Assembly: GCA_963780865.1 (NCBI GenBank)
Contig: CAWADT010000022.1
Span: 79,499-143,498 of the forward strand
Direction of reading: 5' to 3'
Length of the DNA: 64,000 nt
Source of the DNA: an uncultured Chloroflexia bacterium
GTDB lineage: Bacteria; Chloroflexota; Anaerolineae; Anaerolineales; RBG-16-64-43
Under the pieces are notes generated by a model. It worked only from the letters and a program-made list of their open reading frames with translations, did no database searches and was not told where the DNA came from. Positions 57,899 through 64,000 of the stretch are shown here, one piece after another. A program made the translations under genes and the position numbers. Numbering within the stretch: position 1 is the stretch's first letter; each line of letters starts with the position of its first letter.

Positions 57899-58042
57899 AT
57901 GTTCAAGCAGCAAAGGAAAGGCCAAGGTCTTGTAGAGTACGCATTGATTCTGGTTCTGGTCGCCATCGTTATCATCGTTATTTTGTCGGTCCTTGGTCCT
58001 GCAATCGGCAATGTTTTCAGCATGATTATCAATGGCATTTAA
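57899..58042 (+). CDS. flp: Flp/Fap-type pilin precursor, copy 1 (47 aa)
   Basis: MFKQQRKGQGLVEYALILVLVAIVIIVILSVLGPAIGNVFSMIINGI, with the G-x4-EY prepilin motif followed by a hydrophobic helix. AAAGGAGG RBS. It is below the ORF-track size cutoff. The antisense track ORF 57685..58038 is spurious. Confidence 0.85.
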   Translation: MFKQQRKGQGLVEYALILVLVAIVIIVILSVLGPAIGNVFSMIINGI

Positions 58043-58068
58043 GTGACTCGTTGGATTAAATGGGTTTC

Positions 58069-58107
58069 ACCGACGGCCAAATGGACCTTTGGCCGTCGGT
58101 TCTTTTT
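58069..58107 (+). terminator. Rho-independent terminator after flp copy 1
   Basis: ACCGACGGCCAAA-tggacc-TTTGGCCGTCGGT followed by tcttttt. Confidence 0.85.
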
Positions 58108-58365
58108 CGCTATTAGCCGGATTTCCATCTTCCGGGCAGTTCCCAAATGGAGAAAGCGACCTGATTTGTGCCGACAATTATTTTTAATGATTGAATATAT
58201 GACTATAAGCATCCAATAAGGTTAATTATTTTGTGCAAAAAAACCATAAAAGAACGACCAAGTTTTTATTTCATTTTTACAGTATCGATTCCCAATAAAT
58301 GAGATGATGTCAACAGGAATAAATCATTCGCCGAAGCCATCATTGATTGGAAAGGAGAAAACAAC

Positions 58366-58509
58366 ATGTTCAAGCAGCAGAGGAAAGGTCAAGGTCTTGT
58401 AGAGTACGCGTTGATTCTGGTTCTGGTTGCCATCGTCATCATCGTCATTCTGTCGGTCCTCGGACCCGCCATCGGCAACGTTTTCAGCCAGATCGTCAAC
58501 ACCATCTAG
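58366..58509 (+). CDS. flp: Flp/Fap-type pilin precursor, copy 2 (47 aa)
   Basis: MFKQQRKGQGLVEYALILVLVAIVIIVILSVLGPAIGNVFSQIVNTI, differing from copy 1 only in 4 of the last 6 residues. AAAGGAG RBS. Confidence 0.85.
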   Translation: MFKQQRKGQGLVEYALILVLVAIVIIVILSVLGPAIGNVFSQIVNTI

Positions 58510-58537
58510 GCGTTTCGAGTCCTTTCTACGAACGCGG

Positions 58538-58574
58538 ACGACGGCCAAGCCGCAAGGGCTTGGCCGTCGTTTTT
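58538..58574 (+). terminator. Rho-independent terminator after flp copy 2
   Basis: ACGACGGCCAAGC-cgcaagg-GCTTGGCCGTCGT followed by tttt. The stem core is shared with the first flp terminator. Confidence 0.85.
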
Positions 58575-58816
58575 AATTGTCATTTCTCCTCCGGTCCGCA
58601 TGGCGTTCTTTACGCTCTTATGAGGGAGCGACCGTTTTTTCCTGCCCCTCGTCCGGTTCCATCCCCCCGAGAATTGATTTCCGCAGCGCTTTCTTTTGAA
58701 TCAGGCCGGCTGAGAATTTCGTGAGAATTCCCGGCAAACCATGATTTCCCGCATTATTGTGGATAAAATATTAGCCATACTTGGAAGGATAGCTCGAAAA
58801 AAGTAGGTCCTCGATC

Positions 58817-59236
58817 ATGAACTCCATGCGAAGAAATACATCGATAACATGTTGGGCGCTGCGGGGAGCGGCGATCGTCACGCTGATGCTCTCGCTTTCG
58901 GCGTGCAACGGTTTCATCTTCCCGTGGGCGTCCCACCCGACCGCGGAAGCCAGCCCGCAGGTGGTATCCGGCAAAACCGACATCATGATGGAGATGAACG
59001 GCTTCCATCCGGGTAAACTGACCGTGAAGGTCGGGACGACGGTTACCTGGATTAACAAGGATCCTTCCTATCATTCCGTCATCGCGGACGGGGGAGAATT
59101 CAAAAGCGGACTGCTGGCCATCGGGCAACCGTTTTCCTATACCTTCGCTGCCGCGGGGACCTATCCTTATCATTGCGGAGTCGACGGCGGACCGGGCGGG
59201 CAGGGCATGTCCGGCGAGATCACCGTGGTTCCCTGA
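58817..59236 (+). CDS. Cupredoxin-fold lipoprotein (plastocyanin/amicyanin-like) with atypical copper-site loop
   Basis: 139 aa with lipobox LSLSAC. It has GKLTVKVGTTVTWINKDPSYHSV (first His ligand context) and GTYPYHCGVDGGPGGQGMSG (Cys ... Met, but no His between them). Confidence 0.8.
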   Translation: MNSMRRNTSITCWALRGAAIVTLMLSLSACNGFIFPWASHPTAEASPQVVSGKTDIMMEMNGFHPGKLTVKVGTTVTWINKDPSYHSVIADGGEFKSGLLAIGQPFSYTFAAAGTYPYHCGVDGGPGGQGMSGEITVVP

Positions 59237-59336
59237 AGTTCCGTTTCTCCTGGTTGTCAACTCCCGCGTCCTCGGCAGACAATCCGCCGAGGATGTGGTT
59301 TAATCCCACCATCCTCAATTTTCTCCGGCTTCTCGG

Positions 59337-61175
59337 ATGATCGATTTCCCTCTGGCAACTGCATCAGCCTGTCTGCCGGCATTTCTGGCTCTGGTGCTTC
59401 CGGGAGCGGCAATCCTCGCACTCCTCCCGGATCGACGCCGCGGGGCGGTGGAGCTGCTCTCCATCGCCTTTGGATTGGGATTATCGGTCGTCGCGCTGGG
59501 CGCGCTGATCGGACGGGTCGCGGGTTTCCGCTACGGACCGGCGCTGCTGATCGGCCTTGGAGCGGGTTGGACGATCCTCGCGGCGGCGGGCCTCGCGCGA
59601 AAGAAATTCTCCCTCCGCTGGTCCGCATTCGCGGGTTTGGAATTTCTTGCCCTCGCCGGACTGCTCGCGCTTCGGTTGTATCAGGCGCGCGATTTGGCGC
59701 TGCCGGCCTGGGTGGATTCGGTTCACCACGTTTTCCTTGTGCGGTTGTTCCTCGAGGGCGGGGGGCTTCCCGCCGCGCTTGCGCCGTGGATCCCCGGGCC
59801 TTTCTATTATCACTTCGGGTTCCACGCCGCGGCCGCTTTGTTCGCCGCGGTTTCCGGGCTCGCCCCCGACCGGGCGGTGCTCCTCTTCGGGCAGATTCTC
59901 AACGCAGCCGCGGCGCTCTCCGCCTACCGGCTGTCGATGGCGCTGCGCCGGGACCGCCGCCAGGCGCTGCTCGTCCTCGCGCTGGTCGGTTTCATCTCGG
60001 AGATGCCGGCGTATTATCTGACCTGGGGGCGTTATACGCTGCTGGCCGGAATGGTTCTGCTGCCGCTGGCCATGGCCGAAGCGATCGAGTACGCACTCCG
60101 TTCGCCGCGGCCGGCCTCGGCCGTGCGGCTGGCCATCCTCACCGCCGGCACGCTGCTGACCCACTACCTTACCGGAATCCTCCTGGCGGTTTTCCTTCTG
60201 CTCATCGGCGGGTGCGTTCTCTTGCGCCGGAAATACCGGAGGCAACTCTCGGGATTGGCCGTGGCGGTGGCGGCCGGAACGGCGGCGGCGCTGCCCTGGC
60301 TGATCCCGATGCTGCGCTATAGCGCCGGCAGCGTCGGACTGGACGTCGTCGCGCCCGGCGGGGCGGTGGATGCGATGTATTTCGCCAACTACGGCCAGTA
60401 TCTGTGGAACCTGCTTGGTCCGCTGCGGAACTATCTGCTGCTCGGATTCGGCCTGCTCGGCGCCGTAGCCGCGCTTTTCCGGCGCGGACCGCTGCGGCTC
60501 TTCGCGGCGTGGGGGCTGGTGGTGGGAATGGAGACGCTGCCTTGGGGAGTGCGCCTCGCCCCGTTCCGGCCGGACCATCTGGCCATCATCGTTTTTCTGC
60601 CCGCGACCATCCTGGCGGCCAGAGGGTTAATCGCCCTGGCGGATTATCTGAACCGCCGCGTGCCGGCGATGCGCGCGGGATTCTTTTTCGGGGGACTCGC
60701 GCTTGGGTGCTGCGTCCTCGGCATTTGGCAGACGCGCACGATCGTCAATCCGGCCGCCGTGTTCGCCGCCTCCGACGACCGGCAGGCGGCCGTCTGGGTG
60801 GAGCAAAACACGCCCGCGGATTCAGTCTTCCTGATCAACGTCGTCCCATGGCAAAGCGGTTTGTACCGCGGGGTGGACGGTGGTTGGTGGCTGGAAGCGC
60901 TGGCGGGGAGGCGCACGCTGCTGCCGCCGATGCTATATAGTTTCGGCCCGCGGGAGTACATCGATCAGGTCGATGGGCTGGCCGCAACCGTCAGCACCCT
61001 CACGGGTTGCACCGGGGAGTTTTGGTCCGTGGTGCGAGCCCAGGGCGTCACCTACATTTACATTAAAGAAGGAACCGGATCACTCCAGCCGGACGGACTG
61101 GAAGAATGCCCTGGAATAGAGGAGGTTTTTCGCGCCGGGAAAGTGAGAATATACCGGATTGTGCCGGGGGAATGA
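59337..61175 (+). CDS. Polytopic membrane protein with C-terminal extracytoplasmic domain (possible GT-C-like)
   Basis: 612 aa with ~13 hydrophobic helices and a loop motif LPAWVDSVHHVFLVRLF. No confident family. Confidence 0.7.
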   Translation: MIDFPLATASACLPAFLALVLPGAAILALLPDRRRGAVELLSIAFGLGLSVVALGALIGRVAGFRYGPALLIGLGAGWTILAAAGLARKKFSLRWSAFAGLEFLALAGLLALRLYQARDLALPAWVDSVHHVFLVRLFLEGGGLPAALAPWIPGPFYYHFGFHAAAALFAAVSGLAPDRAVLLFGQILNAAAALSAYRLSMALRRDRRQALLVLALVGFISEMPAYYLTWGRYTLLAGMVLLPLAMAEAIEYALRSPRPASAVRLAILTAGTLLTHYLTGILLAVFLLLIGGCVLLRRKYRRQLSGLAVAVAAGTAAALPWLIPMLRYSAGSVGLDVVAPGGAVDAMYFANYGQYLWNLLGPLRNYLLLGFGLLGAVAALFRRGPLRLFAAWGLVVGMETLPWGVRLAPFRPDHLAIIVFLPATILAARGLIALADYLNRRVPAMRAGFFFGGLALGCCVLGIWQTRTIVNPAAVFAASDDRQAAVWVEQNTPADSVFLINVVPWQSGLYRGVDGGWWLEALAGRRTLLPPMLYSFGPREYIDQVDGLAATVSTLTGCTGEFWSVVRAQGVTYIYIKEGTGSLQPDGLEECPGIEEVFRAGKVRIYRIVPGE

Positions 61176-61239
61176 TCGGATATACTTCCGGAAATTCATC
61201 CCTGGGATATATAAGTCGGAAGGGAGACGGAGAGGGTTT

Positions 61240-62112
61240 ATGCCACGGGACATTCGAAAGGATTTTTTCTACGGCAAGAAAGTGCTGATCACGGGCGGGT
61301 CCAGCGGGATCGGATTGGCGCTCGCCCGTCAACTCGCGGCGCGAGGCGCAAACCTATGGCTAGTGGCGCGGAATGAAGCCAAGCTCGAGAACGCCCGCCG
61401 GGAGCTGCAAGCCGCGGCGGTCGATCCCTCGCAAAAGGTGGGCTTCACTTCGGCCGATGTGGCGGTGGAAAGCCAAGCCCGGGCTGCGGCGGAGCAGGCC
61501 GCGAAGGCGCTTGGTGGGTTGGACATCCTGATCAACAATGCCGGCACGTCGCATCCCGGCTACTTTCTGGAGATGGACTCGAAAATCTTCCGGGAAACGA
61601 TGGAGACGAATTATTTCGGCACACTCAACCTGACCCGCGCCGTCGTGCCAGCGATGATCCAGCGCGGAAAGGGACATATCGTCAACGTTTCCTCCGCGGC
61701 GGCTTACCTGGCGGTGTTTGGGTATGCATCCTACGCGCCCACCAAATGGGCGGTACGCGGCCTGAGCGACGTGCTGCGCTACGAACTGAAACCGCGCGGT
61801 ATCCGGGTGACACTCGCCATGCCGCCCGACACCGACACGCCGTCGCTGGCCAAGGAAAAAAAGATCCGCCCCAAAGAGACGGAGATCATCTCCTCCTCCG
61901 GCACGGTCTATAAGCCTGAGCAGGTGGCGCGCGACATCCTTTGGGGAGTGGAACACAATCGCTACATCGTCATCACTGGAATGGACGCCGTGCTCTTCTA
62001 CTGGCTGACCAACCTTCTCGGACCGCTGCAATACCCGGTGATGGACCTGTTTGTGTCGGACGCCATCGCCAAAAAGAAAAAAGCCGAAGGCCGAAAAGAC
62101 ACTCGCGTATAA
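61240..62112 (+). CDS. Short-chain dehydrogenase closely resembling 3-ketodihydrosphingosine reductase (KDSR/Tsc10-type)
   Basis: 290 aa from MPRDIRKDFFYGKKVLITGGSSGIGLALA (TGxxxGIG). It has NNAG, the catalytic YAPTKWAVRG (YxxxK), then AMPPDTDTPSLAKEKKIRPKETEIISSSGTVYKPEQVARDI, and a hydrophobic C-terminal tail. GGAGACGGAGAGGG lies upstream. Confidence 0.75.
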   Translation: MPRDIRKDFFYGKKVLITGGSSGIGLALARQLAARGANLWLVARNEAKLENARRELQAAAVDPSQKVGFTSADVAVESQARAAAEQAAKALGGLDILINNAGTSHPGYFLEMDSKIFRETMETNYFGTLNLTRAVVPAMIQRGKGHIVNVSSAAAYLAVFGYASYAPTKWAVRGLSDVLRYELKPRGIRVTLAMPPDTDTPSLAKEKKIRPKETEIISSSGTVYKPEQVARDILWGVEHNRYIVITGMDAVLFYWLTNLLGPLQYPVMDLFVSDAIAKKKKAEGRKDTRV

Positions 62113-62148
62113 TAGGCTTGGACCAATTCCCACGCTTGGAGGAGCAGG

Positions 62149-63327
62149 ATGGATATCTTCGCAAAATGCCCCGTGTTCACCGATGCCAAAGAAGCCATGG
62201 CGGCCGGGTTTTATCCCTACTTCATTCCAATGGAAGGCAACGAGGGGACGGAGGCGATTTTCCAGGGACGCCGCCTGATCATGTGCGGCTCGAACAACTA
62301 TCTTGGCCTGACGATTGACCCGCGCGTGCGGGAAGCGGCCGTGGAAGCGATCCGCAAATACGGGACCTCGTGCACGGGTTCGCGTTTTCTCAACGGGACG
62401 CTGGAGATGCACGAGCAGCTTGAGCGGGAACTCGCGAAGTTCGTCGGCAAGGAAGCCGCGCTGGTATTTTCCACCGGGATGCAGACCAACTTGGGAACGA
62501 TCTCGGCCATCGTCGGGCGCGGGGATTACGTGGTTTTGGACAAGGAAGACCACGCGAGCATCGTGGACGGGGCGCGGCTCTGTTGGGGCGAGACGCGGCG
62601 CTTCAAGCACAACGATATGCAGGATTTCGAACGGGTGCTGGCCGCCTTGCCGGAAGACAAAGGCAAACTGGTGGTGGTCGACGGTCTGTACAGCATGGAA
62701 GGCGACCTCGCCCCGCTGCCGGAAATCGTTCCCCTCTGTAAAAAGTACGGCGCCCGGTTGATGGTGGACGACGCCCATGGCATCGGCGTGCTGGGCAAGG
62801 GGCGCGGGACCGCAGCGCACTTCGGCATCACCCAGGACGTGGACCTGATCATGTCCACCTTCAGCAAATCCTTCGCCTCCCTCGGCGGATTCATCGCCGG
62901 GGACGAGCCGGTGATCCACTACATCAAGCATCACGCCCGGGCGCTGATGTTCTCCGCCAGCATCCCGCCCGCCAACGCCGCCGCGGCGCTCGCAGCGCTG
63001 CACATCATGCGTGACGAACCCGAGCACAGCGCGCGGCTCAACGCCATCGCCGACAAGATGCGCGCCGGCTACCGGAGCCTGGGGTTCGACATCGGCAACT
63101 CCACCACGCCGATCATCCCGATCCTCATCGGCGACGACCTCAAAACCATCTTCACCTGGAAGGCGCTGTTCGAAGACGGAGTGTTCGTCAATCCGGTGCT
63201 TTCCCCCGGCGTCTCCCCGGGACGGCAAATGCTGCGCACTTCCTACATGGCCACCCACACCGACGCGCAGATGGACAAGGTGCTGGAAGTGTTCGGCAAA
63301 GTGGGAAAGAACATGGGATTGATATAA
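62149..63327 (+). CDS. Alpha-oxoamine synthase, serine palmitoyltransferase-like
   Basis: 392 aa with [47 protein letters not shown] and the PLP-lysine context [13 protein letters not shown]. It lies 36 nt after the KDSR-like gene. BioF or Kbl cannot be excluded from sequence alone. Confidence 0.7.
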   Translation: MDIFAKCPVFTDAKEAMAAGFYPYFIPMEGNEGTEAIFQGRRLIMCGSNNYLGLTIDPRVREAAVEAIRKYGTSCTGSRFLNGTLEMHEQLERELAKFVGKEAALVFSTGMQTNLGTISAIVGRGDYVVLDKEDHASIVDGARLCWGETRRFKHNDMQDFERVLAALPEDKGKLVVVDGLYSMEGDLAPLPEIVPLCKKYGARLMVDDAHGIGVLGKGRGTAAHFGITQDVDLIMSTFSKSFASLGGFIAGDEPVIHYIKHHARALMFSASIPPANAAAALAALHIMRDEPEHSARLNAIADKMRAGYRSLGFDIGNSTTPIIPILIGDDLKTIFTWKALFEDGVFVNPVLSPGVSPGRQMLRTSYMATHTDAQMDKVLEVFGKVGKNMGLI

Positions 63328-63347
63328 AACGATCTTCGAGAAAATTT

Positions 63348-63416
63348 CTCACCGCAAAGACGCAAAGGGCGCAAAGATTTTATTATTTCTTGGCGACTTT
63401 GCGCCTTTGCGGTGAG
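63348..63416. repeat. Compound hairpin (ctcaccgcaaag-acgcaaag-ggcgcaaag ... ctttgcgcc-tttgcggtgag) between convergent genes
   Basis: The arms are reverse-complementary and built from gcaaag words. It may double as a bidirectional terminator, since T-rich tracts flank it. Confidence 0.7.
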
Positions 63417-63507
63417 ATTTTGATTTTTCAATCCATTCGAAATTATTCTACTTATTAATAAATTTCATCTGCTGATATCGAAAACCCCTTTCCGCGATAC
63501 ACAGGAT

Positions 63508-64000
63508 TCATATTATCCATCGCACGACGGCGCAACCATAGGCGGGCGTTTCAGCCGGATCGGGATTCCCGCCGGCGAGGAGCGCGCGCAATTCGTTTTC
63601 CAGATACGCCCGGGTGGGGGCGGGCTGGCGGAAAGTGGCATCGTCCAGCGCGCCGTGATAGCGGAGGACGCCCTCCCGGTCGAGGAGGAAAAATTCCGGC
63701 GTGAGCTGGGCGCCGTACTGGTCGGTCACTGTCCGGTCGGGATCGAGCAGGACAATCCCCCGGAACCGCTTGGCCGCTTCCAGGCGGATTGCGTCGACGC
63801 TCTCGTCGGCGTTCATCGCCAGGCGGAGAACGAGGGCGGAGGAGGCGAGCTCGGAAGGCCAGTTTCCCATCACCCGGTCGGCCCGCTGTGACCATGGGCA
63901 GGCGGCCGACCAAAAATAAAGCAGCACGGCCTGCCCGCGGTACTCGCCCAGAGTGTGGAGACGACCGGAAAGGTCGGGCAGGGAGAAAGCAGGCGCGGGC
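63508..64000 (-). CDS. Thioredoxin-fold (TlpA/redoxin-like) protein, 5' end beyond window
   Basis: The frame stays open to the window end: ...PAPAFSLPDLSGRLHTLGEYRGQAVLLYFWSAACPWSQRAD.... The active-site position reads CPWS (CxxS, single Cys). Confidence 0.75.
   Translation of the reverse strand, partial: PAPAFSLPDLSGRLHTLGEYRGQAVLLYFWSAACPWSQRADRVMGNWPSELASSALVLRLAMNADESVDAIRLEAAKRFRGIVLLDPDRTVTDQYGAQLTPEFFLLDREGVLRYHGALDDATFRQPAPTRAYLENELRALLAGGNPDPAETPAYGCAVVRWII

Noticed and set aside
57685-58038. Minus-strand ORF of 117 aa overlapping the first flp gene
   Set aside because: It is the antisense frame of a hydrophobic pilin gene and of AT-rich upstream DNA. The plus-strand 47-codon gene has a strong RBS, a terminator and a near-identical paralog 467 bp downstream.

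Overview
Visibly GC-rich bacterial chromosomal segment. Gene content and repeat style suggest a Chloroflexota/Anaerolineae-like organism, but that is inference only.

Gene content, left to right:
- 1-5432 (minus strand): a propionyl-CoA to succinyl-CoA operon with carboxyltransferase, biotin carboxylase, BCCP, a CYTH protein and methylmalonyl-CoA mutase.
- 5399-8284: a 961-aa GT-C-like membrane glycosyltransferase.
- 8561-11400: a CDF metal exporter, a GNAT and a HIT protein.
- 11567-17270: tRNA-Thr/Tyr/Thr, tuf, rpmG, tRNA-Trp, secE, nusG and rplKAJL, with a duplicated L1-type leader and an attenuator-containing rplJ leader.
- 17411-18727: a prenyltransferase-repeat protein.
- 18672-27918: a ~9.2-kb cyclic beta-1,2-glucan synthase-like gene (GT84 plus GH94) broken into seven pieces by six 1-nt frame shifts.
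- 28167-29780: an IS110-family element, described below.
- 30354-34128: a PepSY / zinc-ribbon / membrane / OmpR-type regulator / histidine kinase operon.
- 34272-47382: lipoproteins, a Mut7-C RNase, a TPR-TolB-like protein and several polytopic membrane proteins.
- 48116-57577: an EF-G paralog, an AlgJ/AlgI-like O-acetylation pair, a PIG-L deacetylase and clpB.
- 57899-59236: two tandem 47-aa Flp-type pilin genes and a cupredoxin lipoprotein.
- 59337-64000: a polytopic membrane protein, then a KDSR-like reductase plus serine-palmitoyltransferase-like synthase pair, then a partial redoxin.

Main finding: the IS110-family element can be delimited to the nucleotide, because it interrupts one arm of a long palindromic repeat and is flanked by a GG dinucleotide.
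- Its left-end non-coding region folds into an RNA with two internal loops.
- The four loop strands match the element termini and the insertion site, which is the bridge-RNA architecture.
- Circularisation would assemble a TTGACA-17-TAGAAT promoter.

Intergenic DNA is saturated with several families of palindromic or MITE-like repeats. Some are nested inside one another, and one forms a 40-bp tandem hairpin array.

Nine apparent 1-nt indels break four genes. Six of them fall in the glucan synthase gene, so consensus sequence quality must be questioned.

Hand-called coordinates may be off by 1-2 nt.
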